Translations under genes and position numbers: made by a program
Shown here: positions 38,869-52,515 of the stretch, one piece after another
Numbering within the stretch: the first letter of the stretch is position 1
Layout: each line of letters opens with the position of its first letter
DNA from: the human T2T-CHM13v2.0 reference genome, Homo sapiens
Assembly: GCF_009914755.1 (NCBI RefSeq)
Contig: NC_060927.1
Length of the DNA: 64,000 bases
Strand: one strand, 5' to 3'
The notes under the pieces: model-generated
What the model was told of the DNA's origin: nothing
Databases searched by the model: none
Seen by the model: only the letters and a program-made list of their open reading frames with translations

Positions 38869-39319
38869 TATGACACATACAATGCTACATGTTGACCAAA
38901 ACAGCTTTGTTTTCCTCCCAGGTACACACGAAGCCTACATTTTCCAGCCCCTTGGTACCTGGGTGAAGCCATATGTCTTGAACTAGACAACAGAATGTGA
39001 ATGGAAGAGACATATGTTCTTTCCAGATATGGCTCCTAAAGGTCTCATGCTTTTATATGCTCCCTTCAGCCTGTGGGGCTGGAAGCCAAGAACTCAAACA
39101 GTAGACGCATATGATGGAAGCAGGGTGGGTCCCTAAGTCATCACTTAGGTAGAGAAGAGCTACCCAGGAGTGCCCCTAGGCCTGTATAAACAGTGACGTA
39201 AATGAGAAATAAACTTTTACCATGCTAGGCCACTGAGAGTCATGGGTATTTTTTTTTTTTTTTTTTTTTTTTTACCATTTTCTGTTACAGCTCTAGGGAG
39301 CTTTACTCTGACAAATACA
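38869..39319 (+). mobile_element. MLT1J-like MaLR LTR
   Basis: 'ctacatttccagcc...agaatgtga...gagaaataaacttt...gccactgaga...ctgacaaataca'; TSD ggagg/agagg. Confidence 0.78.
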
Positions 39320-39678
39320 AGAGGCTAGTTCAATAAACCAGGTAAGATATTGTAATGACTTGGATCTGGATGTTAGCAGGTTATGAAAGGTAACTGGACA
39401 CTGCATGTATTTTGAAGGTAGCACCTACCAGATTTTCTGACAGATTTGAAAAGGAGAATGATAAAAGCATCAGGGATGGTGTCAGGGATTTTGGTGTGAA
39501 CCATTGGAAGGATGGGGTTGTCATTAACGGAGCCGGGGAAGACCACAGGCAGAAGAGGTACGTATGTTAGGGGGCTGTGAGGCAGGGGGTTTCAGGAGTT
39601 CAGATTTTGGCATAAGAGGTCTTACACGATTACCAGTTGTGCGTGGAGATGCTCAGTGGTCAGTTATACCACTATACA

Positions 39679-39885
39679 TGGTGGTGTGCTGGCCAGCTTG
39701 TACCAGCTTATGAGAACCAATTACCAGATTTGCAGGAGTTTTATGAGCCAGTTATTAAACCATTAGTAACTTGAAGTCAGTCGTAGTGAGAGTATTTACA
39801 CCCCAGAAGTTGGCAAATGCTCAAGTCAGGGCTTTTTTTTCTCCCCCAGAAGCTGGTTGTTAAACATTTAGCAGCATCTCATTTG
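39679..39885 (+). mobile_element. MER63A hAT-Blackjack MITE
   Basis: 'gtggtgtgctgg...gagtatttacacc...tggcaaatgct...tcagggcttttt...ggttgttaaacattta'. Confidence 0.8.
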
Positions 39886-40289
39886 GCATAAGAGTTGAGG
39901 GAGAGGTCATGTTTATAAATGAGGTAATATCTTTATGATTTATTTTCCCCCAAGACATCTTAGAATCTCTCTAGTGTCAGAAATATCTTCCATTTAATGA
40001 TATTTTTTCCTGATCATGTTCTATTAACCAATGCTGTTTTTAGACAACTAGTACATATACAACACCATTAAATGTGGTTCACTGGGTGACAACAACTGTT
40101 ATACACTGAAAACGTTCAGTATTTTACTTCTATTGTCTATTCTATTTGAGGCAACAAAAAATAAAATTAAATAATCTCACAGTCTTAAAATCTCAATATA
40201 CACTTACATATCTTTTGTAAAATTCCCCACATTTGCAATATCCCAAATATTCTCATCTTTATTTATTTATTTAGAGTCAAATGCCTGCT

Positions 40290-40440
40290 GAATACAATCT
40301 CTACTAACTTTATGATTATCCATTCATAAAATAAGGATTATGTTTTCCCTGCCTACCTCACCAGAAAATTGTGAAGAGCAAATGAGGCAATGCACATAAG
40401 AGTGTTTTGTCAATTGTAAGCAAACAGAACGAATGTTGAT
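40290..40440 (+). mobile_element. MIR fragment
   Basis: 'cctgcctacctcac...ttgtgaagagcaaatgagg'. Confidence 0.55.
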
Positions 40441-41879
40441 AGATCTGAAATAAAATGACTGAGTCTCTGCATCGCCTGTGGTCTTCAAGAGATTTATTAG
40501 TGACTTTTTGTGGACGGCTAGGTACCACTTAGAGTCAATTGGGCAGACATGTTCCTGCTGTTCTAGAACTTGATAACATGATGACTTATCAGGGAAATTA
40601 ATCTGGAAGAACTCCATGGCAACTTACATTTAAGGTATGCAAGAAGAATGTAAGGAAATGCTTTCTTATTTCTTTACTTTATTACTTTCCTTACCCTGGA
40701 CACTTCCTCATTCCTGGAAAGGAATATAACTATTCATCAGCTATAATGATGAAATCTCATTTTTATATATTGTATTTTTACCTTTAACTTTTAAACAATG
40801 TCTGTTGCCGAAGGTGCATTTCTCAATATTTTAATTCAAACTGACTTAAAAGGAGAAAAAATACTGACACAAAACAGTCATACATTGATTATGAGATATA
40901 GTGAATAAAGTCAGTTTTGTTATTATTTATATTTACTCTAAAGTCCCAATAAATAGGATTTCCAATATTTCCATCCTTTTAATATTTTATTAAAAATGGC
41001 CAATTAGAGGATTAATACATAGAAATATTTATATAAATACATCAGTATAACTTAAATGGAAATGTTTATAAATATAAAATATCAGGGGATTCTTATGTGC
41101 TTAAATGTCTTTCAGTGTGTGTGTAAGCCTTGCATGCATTTTGGTATCCTTGCTGCTGAAGCTTCATGAAAGTGATTAGATCAAACATAGAGGAGCTGCG
41201 TCATACAAAGTAGGAATTATTGTCTACTCAGTTTGATGCTGTATTTGCATGAAACTTCTTCAGACAACTAAATGGTTGGTTCATGTGACTGGAAGGCAAA
41301 GGTTGGATATGTTTGGGACGAAAGATAAGCCAATTTTGAGAGAACATCTAAATACTAGAAGAGCTTAATGGCTATTTCCTTTTATTAAAGCTGGTGCTAT
41401 GTATGCATGTTTGAGGGGCCATACTGTAAAATGGGTGATTTTTTGAAATTCTTGTGATTGTTGAGATTCCTTTAATTTCAATGAAGGGATAAATTTTCAT
41501 TAACTTATAGAAACCTGATGGAAAACAATAAGGTGAAATGCCTGACAGTGTCCCTTCTCATTCAACATTTTTTCTCTAGGGTTTCGTAGACCCAGATGTA
41601 ACACTGCAATGAGTATATTAGGCATGGTGACTACACTGAATGACAGAGTCAACACAACATCGTGAAGTTGGAAGGAGAGTAAAATTAGTCAGAAGACATG
41701 TAATAGGCACACGTGTAGCCCTAATGTAGGTTAAAAACATCAATTGCGTGAGTATAACAACACCCATGATATGCCTTGATATAGGCAGGGTCTTCTTCGT
41801 CTCATTGGTCTCCAGAGTCCTGGACATTTTTTCTAGTCCTAACTGCTTTTCATGTGACAAGCACTTTACATTTTCTGAT

Positions 41880-42622
41880 CAGCTTCGTATGGGCACAACT
41901 GACCATGCCTTGCCTGTATCAGACACCTATTTCTTCCTTCTGGGAGTTGGATATTTGATGATCTGGTTAGCATCTGTATTAGTCTGTCTGACACTGCTAA
42001 TAAAGACATACCTGGGTAATTTATAAAGGAAAGAGGTTTAATTGACTCAGTTCTACATGGCTGAGGAGGCCTCACAATCATGGCAGAAGGCTAAGAAGAG
42101 CAAAGAGACGTCTTACATGGCAGCAGGCAAGAGGGCCTGTGCAGGGGAACTCCTCTTTATAAAACCATCAGATCTTCTGAGACTTATTCACTATCATGAG
42201 AACAGCACAGGAAAGACCCGCCCACATGATCCAATTACCTCCCACTGGGTCCCTCCCATGACATGTGGGAATTATGGGAACTAACAATTTGAGATTTGGG
42301 TGGGGACACAGCCAAACCATATCAGTGTCCATGCATATACAACTTGGAAGTGTGGAGGAATCAATGTCCCACAGAGCAAGCCTTTGCAAATGGAAACTGA
42401 CATGAGTAGATCAATATATCTCCTTTCCGCATGGTCCCGAGAAGCAGTTGTTTATATTGTAGCCTCTCAGAAACTGGTGGACCTACAGGATCTGGCAATC
42501 AGTCATATCTGCTGCTATGTAGAGGCAGGTAGGACATTGTACTATCTTTTTGGCTCTTTTGTCTCCTGCTTCTCTTGGCTTTCCCCTATTCTTGTTCCCT
42601 TTAGGGGATCCCAGGGTAAGAT
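41880..42622 (+). mobile_element. LTR16-like (ERVL) LTR split by THE1
   Basis: 'acaacttggaagtgtggaggaatcaatgtccc...gcaaatgg' and terminus 'ttaggggatcccagggtaaga'. Confidence 0.55.
41975..42324 (-). mobile_element. THE1B/C solo LTR
   Basis: tgtattagtc...ggggacacagccaaaccatatca; TSD gcatc/gtgtc. Confidence 0.92.
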
Positions 42623-42699
42623 TACCCCTCCTCTCTGCCACCCCCCTATTTGACTTTACCATCTCCTAAAATAAACACCAACTGCAAAAATATATCACA

Positions 42700-43100
42700 T
42701 ATATGAAAAAGACTTGGGGTTTTGATGGTAAGTTAAACGTCAGAAAGAGAAGGATATGACCACACTCAAAAAAACCTCAACTCAAATTAGACTACCTTTA
42801 TCAAAGGAGACACTACGGGATTTGCTTAAATTCCTGCAGGTAATAAGAAGTGGAAGTTATATTTGAACTCCCCTTGTCTGAGTCTATAACACATGCTATG
42901 ATCCTCCACATTACACAGAAGGAATTGAAATCTGTTTCACAACAGAAATGGATAAAGTATTAGAAATCTTCATCATAAAAGAAACTCATCCTTTGGTGGT
43001 ATATGAAGGTTGTCTTCAAGAAAATAAACTGCTGTTATTTGGAAGATTTGGACTTATTACATGATTCTAATGAGAAAGATTAAGAGGAATAAGCAGAATA
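42700..43100 (+). mobile_element. Possible L3/CR1 fragment
   Basis: 'gaaaaagacttggggttttgatggtaagttaaac' resembles the CR1 ORF2 'EKDLGV' region. Confidence 0.4.
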
Positions 43101-43134
43101 AAAACAGCAACACAGCTAGGACAAAAAAATGTAA

Positions 43135-43368
43135 GAAACTCTATATGCCAGTCACGGTGCTGCCAAGTGCTTTATAGACATCCTCATTTATATTCACAAC
43201 ATCCCTGTAAAATGCTTACTGCTACCATTTCCATTTTAAAGACTAGAAAACTGAGGTGTGGATATATTGAGCAGTTTGGCAAAGGCCTGGTTATCAAGGA
43301 AGTGGTGGAGCTAGGATCAGAACCCAGGTCAGTAGGACATCCAAACCCTTGTGCTTAATCACTATGGT
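43135..43368 (-). mobile_element. MIR
   Basis: 'tatgccag...aagtgcttta...cacaacatccctgt...gaaaactgagg...ggagctaggatcagaacccagg'. Confidence 0.8.
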
Positions 43369-45093
43369 ACCTTTTCACTGGAGAGGTGCAGCATCAGCTC
43401 AGTGTTAAAAAGGAAGTTTAATAATCAGGGGTCTTAAATATATAATCAGCTACCCCTGTGGGTGTGAATTCCCTGCCTGCAGTGATCCCACAGCTGACCT
43501 GCTAGGTGTGATGGGGCTGATTCTCTTAAATGGAGACAGAGCAGACACGTCATCAGCTCTGTTAATTCCTCCACATAAGTAGAGACGGAGGGCAGGAGGC
43601 AGGCAGAACAGGATCCAAGGGAACCAAAGCTGGTTTGGATAGCATCCAGGGGTCATTGCACAGAGACACTGAAGGCTCATATTAAAGTTGGGGCTGGAGT
43701 GGACTGAGAATTTGGCAAGATGGAACATGGCAATGGAAACAGATATGTTGAAGTAAGGATCCAAAAAGATCTGATTATTGAATGGGAAGAGGCACTGCGT
43801 TTTTAATCAGCATTCAACGTCTCAGACCAGAGGCCTTTACTCCTTAATAAGACCTCAAATGGAGTTGGCCTTACCAGGTTTCTGGAATGGCCTGGATGTT
43901 CATGTAGGGAGATATTGCAGACTGAATTCATGCTTTACTAAGAGTTGGGCTGCATGACCTTCAAAACTTAAAACGCAGGAAGTCCAACTAATTTGGGAAG
44001 GCTAGTGAGGGATGGACCACTGGAAAGAACTGCTCTAAGACATAACAGTTTTTTATGGTAACCCAAGAAGTTGACAGCACCAACCTGTATTAGTTAGCAG
44101 TTGATTACCAGCAAAATCATTGTTTCATAATATATTGCTAGTAAGATCTGGGAATAAGGAAAAATGTTGGCTCTGGTTTGAATCCCACCAGACTTTTGAC
44201 TCCATTCAAATCTTTTTAATGAATGCATTTAGGATAATCCCTTTAATTCTTCCCTCAGTGCTTCTCCAATCAGGGAACACATGGAACTCCCATTAACTAT
44301 CCTGAACAGTCGTTCATGCACAGATACAGGGAAATTAGCCTGGAAGCACTGACAACAGTTTGCACAAAGTGGCATAAGACAGTGTGACTCATGCATAGCA
44401 GGCACATTTGGAATGGAGAAAATCACAACGCATGTAGTCCTACAGTCACCGAGAATTCCTTATCCTTTATTAAGGCAAGCTTCTCTTGTCTTTTCTCAAT
44501 TATGCTTCATGTGCACTTAACTCAAAATTTAATTGAATTGGTTGCTTCACAGATGGGCTTAAAGGATGTTTTAGTTTCCAAGCGGAGACAAAAGAATGAC
44601 TGGTATTCATTCTCAAATTAGAAGCCATTAGGAAGGAGGAGGTTTTAGTGGGTTTGAAAGAGTTTAACCACCTTTGAAGGGAAGTGGCATGTTTTCAGAG
44701 CATCAGGAGGATTTAGTTCTTAGTGAGAAGACAAGGAAGGACAACTGGAGGTGGATTGTAGATCAAGTCTGTCTAGGGATAAAGGAAGGTGAGGTACTTG
44801 CTCACCAGGCCTGCATCTCTCAGTACTGCCAGTAAGAGTTACAGGGCTATGAAAGGAAGAAGGTATCTTGGAGGGAGAAGGGAGGTGAAAGCCCAGTAGG
44901 GAAAAGTGAGAAGCATCAGGCAGGACTGAGGAAACTGGCAAGAGGTAAAGTCAGCTTGCTTCCCCCTGCATCCAAATCCCCTGGAAACACAATTAATTAT
45001 GTCTAAATTAATCCTTATACTAACTCAATACTAATTCCAACCCCAATCCCAACCCAAATACTAACTCAATGGAAGGTCGGTAATCTAGGGGGT

Positions 45094-45469
45094 TGATCTA
45101 GTTTGAATATATGTCCCTGCCAAATCTCATGTTGAATTGTAATCCTCAAGGTTGGAAGTGGGGTCATGGGGCAGGTCCCTCATAGCTTAGTGCTGTCCTC
45201 ATGATTGTGAGTTCTAGTGACATCTGGCTGTTTAAGTGTGTGGCATCTCCGCACTATCCTCTCTCTTGCGTCTGCATTCCACGTGAACCGCTTGCTCCCA
45301 CTTCATCTTCTACCACGAGGAAAAGCAGCCTGAGGCCTCCCCAGGAGCCAAGTGGATGCCAGCGCCATGCTTCCTGTACAGGCTGCAGAAATGTGAGCCA
45401 ATAAAATGTCTTTATACATTACCCAGTCTCAGGCAATTCTTTACAGCAATGCAAGAATGGCCTAACACA
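45094..45469 (+). mobile_element. MSTB solo LTR
   Basis: tgatctagtttg...ccaaatctcatgttgaattgtaatc...gcaatgcaagaatggcctaacaca; TSD ggggt/gggat. Confidence 0.88.
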
Positions 45470-45594
45470 GGGATGGAAATCCAGAAGGGTCTTAAATAAT
45501 TGTCCTAAAATGATTTTTAAAGTGCTATCAGTCTATGAAATTATGTTGAACAATGATTTGCATTGGGCTAAATGATCTCTAGGACTTATTTAAC

Positions 45595-45990
45595 TCTCAC
45601 ATCAGGCGAGAGTTTTACAGGTGAAGAGTCTGAGGCTTAGAGGGGTTGCATAACATGATGGTCACAGGGCTTGCATGTAGGGGTGAGCTGGGCTAGGGAC
45701 TGAGCTCATAGAGTCTAATTCCAGGGCAGCTGGTGAGGACATGATTGAAGCCTGAAAGGTGCAGTCAGTAATGCAACTGTACACTGAGAGCTTGCCAGGG
45801 TCCAAGTCCTGAGCTAAGAACTTCCTGTGCATGGTAGTTTAATTTTCATTACAATGTACTGTGAGTTGGTACTGCATTAGTCTCCTTTGATGGATGAAGC
45901 TAAACTACTTGCTCACGATCACTTCATTCATAATCAGAGTGGGGGCTGGCACACAAACTCAGCACTGATTGACCCTAGAATCCCAATTAC
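45595..45990 (-). mobile_element. Two MIR fragments
   Basis: 'ttttacaggtgaagagtctgaggcttagagggg' and 'tgtgagttggtact' cores. Confidence 0.55.
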
Positions 45991-46284
45991 TCATCTACAC
46001 ACAAAGAAGCTCTTTCATACTTTTGAAAAACCAGATGAAAACCACATGGGCCAGATGGGAGGTGATGGACATCCATTTTATAGTCGTACTGGTTACATTG
46101 CAGGTAATCAATGAATATTTAAAAACCGTTTGATCCAAATGGGCCAAATCACAGGAAGAAAGATTTTGACTAGATATGAAGGTGAGCATAAACCTGAATA
46201 CTGGAACCAGTGGCCTGGGAAGCAACTCTTCCAAAACAAGAATAATCACATCAGCAGGCATAAGGGTTTTCATGATCAACATTA

Positions 46285-46815
46285 TTGATTCATAACCCTG
46301 GCTGTATATTACTGGTAGGGTTAGGGACACTGCTATAGACTGAAGATTTGTGTCCCTGAAAAATTCATATGATGAAATCTAACCCACACTGTGATGGTTT
46401 TAGGAGTTGGGGCCTTTGGAAGATAATTAGATCATAAATGCAACAGCCTCATCAATGGGATTAGTGACATTATAAAACAGATCCAGAGAGTTCTCTTGCC
46501 CCTTCTACTATGTGAGGTCACAAGAAGATACCATCTATGAACAGGAAAGTAGACCCTCACTAGAATCTGGTCACACTGGCACCCTGATCTCAGACTTCCT
46601 GCCTCCAGAACTATAAAAAATACATTTCTGTTGTTTATAAGGCACTCCGCAAATGGTGTTCTATTATAGCAGCCTGAATCTATTAAGACAGGCACTTTAA
46701 AAAAATAAAGTGACCTCACCCAGAACGAGTTAAATCAGAATCTCTGAAGATGAGGTCTGGATGAGGAACATTTAGAAAAAAATCTCCTCTGGTGACATTA
46801 ATGTGCAGCCCAAGG
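46285..46815. mobile_element. MER5B-like MITE split by MLT1A
   Basis: 'aaaccctggctgtatatta' left; 'ttaaatcagaatctctg...ggtgacattaatgtgcagcc' right. Confidence 0.55.
46331..46690 (+). mobile_element. MLT1A solo LTR
   Basis: tgctatagactgaa...ttatagcagcctgaa...taagaca; TSD gacac/ggcac. Confidence 0.88.
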
Positions 46816-46984
46816 TCCTTTCAACCTTCTGGTGCCTTGAACACTCTTTGAAACATCTTAATTGTCCTGATTGTTTTTCTTTGCTAGATATCTCTCCCCT
46901 GCATCTGAAACTAAAGAAAACTAAGCTATACCACAAGCCTGTTTGCTTCTAACACATACACTGAAGATTGAAGTTGACAAAATG

Positions 46985-47172
46985 CCAGTTCTCAAATTCC
47001 AGCAAGCCCCAGACTTACCTTGAGGGCTCCTTAAAGACAGACTGTAGTGTTCCCCTTTGCACCCAATGTCTGATTCAGTAGGTATAGAGAAGAGCCTGAG
47101 AATCTTCATTTCTCACAAGTTCCAGGTGATGTTGATGCTGCTGGCCCAGGGACCACACCTTCAGAATCACTT
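46985..47172 (+). mobile_element. MER5A
   Basis: 'gttctcaaa...tctgattcagtagg...gcctgagaatc...caagttccaggtgatgttgatgctgctgg...gggaccacac'. Confidence 0.82.
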
Positions 47173-48258
47173 TCACAGAAGGCTTGAAGGGACAGGGATA
47201 AAAAAGAATAAAGTTGTTTTCTGTTATACCCTATGAGTCTAATTTATTCAAGGTAAAGTTTACAGCTAGTGGTGGAATTCCTGGGTCAGGGGAATCATTG
47301 ACTGCTATCTTCTCATTTAATCCCCGTTTCTCTAGTCACTGCCATTTCAATCTCCTTCCTGCCTTTCAGAAGTTTAGCCAGTTAGTTGCCAAAATTGTAG
47401 GTCTTGATATCCTGATTTGCCATAGACAAGTTTAGCTTGGCATCCTAGAGAAGTTGAAAATTAGCCAAAATCGATCAGATTCTTTCATTTTCCAAAACCA
47501 CTTTGCACAGTCCTCACTCTCAGGACTGGCTAGCTGGGAGTGGTGGCTGAGAATTGTTGAATCTCAGATGCACTGTATTACAGGCAAGGTGAGATGTGTC
47601 TGTGGCAAGAAACTGAATAGTAGGGTGAGGTGGAAGCAAAGCCAACTCTGATCTGAGTTACCATCAGAAAATCTTCAGAAAACCATCAAGGCTGGACTTA
47701 AGGGCTGGCACAGCAGGGCCCTCTACCATCTGGTCACGCAAAGCCAGGAAGACCTGGGGGGTGTTGGGAGCACAGGCTGCTTGTGTTAAGTGACTCTCTT
47801 TACTCTAGGCATTTGTTTCACTCCACACTCCTGGACAGTCTTCTTTAACTTAAAAGATCCACCATGGTTCCTCACTAGCTTCTCTTAGAATCCTCTGATA
47901 GGAGTGAGAGTTAAGAGATGCTGTTCTTTCCTTAGTGAAGTGAGTGTAAGCATTTAATTCCCAAAGTGAACAAAAAAATGAACTATTACCAACATCCCCC
48001 AAACCCACTTCTATCTCCTCCCAGAGACTATCCTTATCCACAGGGTAAGCTTATCCTGACTTCTAATGTTATAGATTGGTTTGCCTATGCTGCAACTTTA
48101 TATAACTAGAAATATGCAGTAATTCAATTGTGCCTGGCTTGACTTAATATTATGTTCATGAGATTTATTCATAAAAGTATCAGGAGTTTGTTTACATTGT
48201 TCCATAGTATTTCAATGTATATCTTTATTTATCCATTCAATGTTTGAAAGATAGTTGA

Positions 48259-48643
<385 letters not shown>

Positions 48644-48852
48644 TTAATTATTCCAGTGCAAGTAGTTTGGTGACCATTGCAGGCAGTTGTGTTGAGTGTA
48701 TACTCAGGAGTAGAACTGCTGGGTCATGGGACACGCTTATGTTCAGCTTCAATAGACAGTACCAGACAGTGTTCCCAGAGTGTATCAATATGTGCTTCCA
48801 GATGTAGTGCATGAGAGTTCCAGTTATTTCATGTTCATGCTAACACCTGGCA

Positions 48853-49180
48853 GAGTGGTACTCTCTTATCTATGTGGGATACATTCCAAGACCCCTAGTA
48901 GATGCCTAAACCAGAGATAGGACCGAATCGTATTTATACTATTTTTTTCTATACATACATACCTATGATAAAGTTTAATTTATAAATTAGGCAGAATAAG
49001 AGATTAACAACAATAACTAATAATAAAATAGAACAATTATAACAATATGCTGTAATAAAAGTTTATGTAAATGTGGTCCCCCTTTCTCAAAATGTTATAT
49101 TTTATGTAATATTTTTGAGCTGATATTGACTGCAGATAACTAAAACCACAGAAAGTGAAACCAGGGATAAGGGACTACTG
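48853..49180. mobile_element. MER44A TcMar-Tigger MITE
   Basis: 'cttatc...ttccaagacccc...tacatacatacctatgataaagtttaatttataaattaggca...ggataagggactactg' with TIRs. Confidence 0.88.
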
Positions 49181-49181
49181 T

Positions 49182-49214
<33 letters not shown>

Positions 49215-49641
49215 TTAAACCATGCTGGTGTGTGTGTAATAGTATCTCATTGTGATTTTAATTTGCATTTCCCTGATGACTAATGACACTGAACACCTTC
49301 TCATATATTTATTGCCATTTGGCAATCTCTCTTTGATACATCTGGTTCAAGTTTTTTTTCTCATTTTTCAATTGGGTTATCTAGCTTTTTCTGATTCATT
49401 TATAGGAATTCTTTATGTATTCTGGATTTGAACTCATTTTCGTATATATATGATATACACAGTACAGAAGATTATATATAAACACTGTGGCTTGCCCTCT
49501 CACTCTCTTCAAGGTGTCTTTTCATGAATGGTCAATACACTTTTAAAGGGTGTTCCCTCCCAAGCAATCTCTCTTCTACAATTCTGGGAAACACAGAGAA
49601 AAAAATTATTTAATAGAAATGAACAAACGGAATGGTATGAC

Positions 49642-49948
49642 TTTTTTTTTTTTTTTTTTTTTTTTGAGACAGAATCTTGCTCTGTCATCCAGGCTGGAGT
49701 GCAGTGGCGTGATCTCGGTTCACTGCAATCTCCGCTTCCCGGATTCAAGTGATTCTCCTGCCTCAGTCTCCTGAGTAGCTAGGATCACAGGTGCATGCCA
49801 TTACGCCTGACTCACTTTTTTGTATTTTTGGTAGAGACGGGGTTTCGCTATATTGGCCAGGCTGGTCTCAAACTCCTGACCTCATGTGATCCACACATCT
49901 CAACCTCCCAAAGTGCTGGGATTACAGGCGTGAGCCACCGTGCCCGAC
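49642..49948 (-). mobile_element. AluS (Sx/Sz-like)
   Basis: Long T tail plus full dimer; TSD tggtatgactttt on both sides. Confidence 0.92.
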
Positions 49949-52515
49949 ATCTGGTATGACTTTTGACAGTTTGAGTAGTAGTGAAATTAGAGAACCCTTT
50001 AATTCTCTGATGACCATGACCACATTTTTCTTCATTAAGTTATATGCTTGGACCCCTGGGTACTCATTCTATATATACTACCTGCCCATCACAATCTCTG
50101 AAAAATGTTCAACTGTCAGTTGACTTTGGTAACATATCAAATACAAAATGACTTCTAGTTATGATTCAATCATGCCCATCTCACCAGTTCACACAGGGGA
50201 CTACGGGAGGACTAGAAAAAGGAGAATGTTCAAATATAAACAAAGTGACTTCAAAAGATAACTGGGAAAACAGAAAAAGGAGGCGAGGTTTTATTCAGCT
50301 GAAAATTAGACTTTGAATGAAGTCTTTTGAGAGTGTTGGTTAAGTATCCTCAGAGGCCAGTTTCTTTTCCACATTTACACAGAAGACAATTTACATAAGC
50401 AGAAGCTTGGTATCAGATGTAACCATAGAAACCTTGCCCTTCCATCGTATCGAGGGCATGTATTTGTTCTCCATTTAGTGCAATCTCCCTACACGCTAGA
50501 CATGTGAAGCTTTACATGTTGATGTATCATTTAATAAATGGATCAGAGTTGGAGGAAATGCTGGAGGAATTGTAAAGAGGACTGGGAGAAGGGAGTGGAA
50601 GGAGATGGTTAAAATGAAGAAAACAAATCCTTAGGGATTTTAGTGGAGATTGGACCTGCCTAGGAAGTTACAGACCTAGTCTATGATGGCTAAGCTGTAC
50701 AATGTTTACTGCCTAGAATTATGTAAACTCGGACTGAAAGGAAAAATGTTATAAAGGAAGGGGGTTACCCCATAGCTGTATTATAATTAGTCTCTTAAAA
50801 ATCCAATAAAGTGTGCTCTACTCTAGTCCTTGGGGATCCTCTCTCTGGGCAACATGGTGACATATCAATCACATCAGGTATGTGCAGGTCTGAGGCTAAC
50901 TTCTCCATGGCTTGTTGACTGAGAGCAAAGGTGATTCATGGAGTTGAGTGACCCTTTGGGTCCACTGCAACTCCTTATCCTGGGACCCTCCTAATTAGAC
51001 TGCTTCCAGATTTTTCTGGGTCCCATTAGCTATGAACTTAAACTCAAAATACATGTTGATGGCATTAAAAAAATTCATCCTCTTGTTCAAATGATTAAAA
51101 TTAGTATCAGCAACACCATTATTCATTATTTAAAGCATTTCCTTCCCCACTCTGAGTGCTTCCTCTGAAGTGATTTTTTGCAGTGCTTACGCCGTCCCCA
51201 CTGAGTCTCCGAGGGAAAGGAAAACCAAAGATCAATGCAGTCCAGCTGACCTGATAGGCCAATGCTTTGATTTGAAATGTGTTGAAATCACAAGGAGAGA
51301 AGAGCAGAACATTATCATATTTCACTTAGGCATTCCATCAGCAAATATTCAATATGGCCAAGCAATGCATTTATAACCTTGTGGAGAAAACACTTAGATG
51401 ATGTCATCAATAAATGAAGCCATGGAGCATATTTTCAGGCAGAAATTCTGTGTCTGGGATTAATGGGCCCATGACATGTAGCCAAGTGGAGGATTCTGAA
51501 GACCAACCTTCCGACATAGAAAACAGTCATTTTTATACGAATGCTGTCATAAAATCCTCACTCATTCTAATGAGGATTGAGTATGGATTTCCCAGTGTAA
51601 ACCAGTATCTCAGTAAAAGACACCTTGAATATCAATTTTCAAAAAAGAAAGGGGAAAATTGCCTAATAAAATTCCCCAGTCACCATAATCATTTAATATC
51701 TTTTTATGCCAACTTATATCAAGGTTTATATACTCCTTTGAAAAGTAAAATCTCTCTCCATGCACTAAATTGCTTAAAACATTGACCTTTCTGTACTGTA
51801 AACATTCTCTGCAGTTGAAAACATATGCTGAATTTGCAAATATGGCTTGTGGCAACTTTGTGATCTTGCTTATTAGAAATGCTTGTTGCTTTTGTGGTTA
51901 TTGTACAAGGAAATTGGGTTTCTAGCTAACATTTCTCCCCAATAGACGCCTACAGTAAAGCTTCAATTGTGAATACTCTCCTGACAATTTTTCATGTATA
52001 ATTTTGCAGTAAATTTTATTTGTGGGTGATGGAACTGTTTCTTTCAGAGAAAATTTGCTGATTATACACATTCTTTCCACCTTCCCTTCCTATAAAAAGG
52101 AAGGATAAATGTGAATGAATCATCTGAAATGTAATATGTACTATATATGTTTATATTTTAAAATTATGTTTGCATTACTTTGGCCATTTTCGAAAAGCAT
52201 ACCAAAGGAACAAGAATTTGAGTTTCATGCAGAAAATAACTTGATGAATAGTGTTATCTAATTTGATTCCTCAAACGTTGTAGTGATTCTGATGAATAGC
52301 AATCAAATGCAAAGCAAAACCAGTTCAGACAATACCAAGTACAGAAGTTTTGACTTGCTGTAGAATATTAGAATATTAAATAGTATTAATGTTAAGATCA
52401 GAAGTTTATGGCTTGTTCACATCACAGTGCTGTGCATATAACAGGTGTTTAATAAGCATCTCTCGGCAGACTGATGAGTGGTGGGATTCAGTTGGTTAAA
52501 AATGAGGTGGGATGA

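Larger units (their letters stand above)
38090..39915 (-). mobile_element. L2a, long fragment with nested MLT1J and MER63A
   Basis: Reverse L2 tail 'tcatttattcactcatt...atatttattgaatatcta...aggcactgttctagg'; purine-rich L2 body continues after each insert. Confidence 0.82.

Noticed and set aside
51414-51785. 123-aa ORF in unique DNA
   Set aside because: No recognisable domain, AT-rich codon usage, and no promoter or convincing splice context; expected by chance in 64 kb
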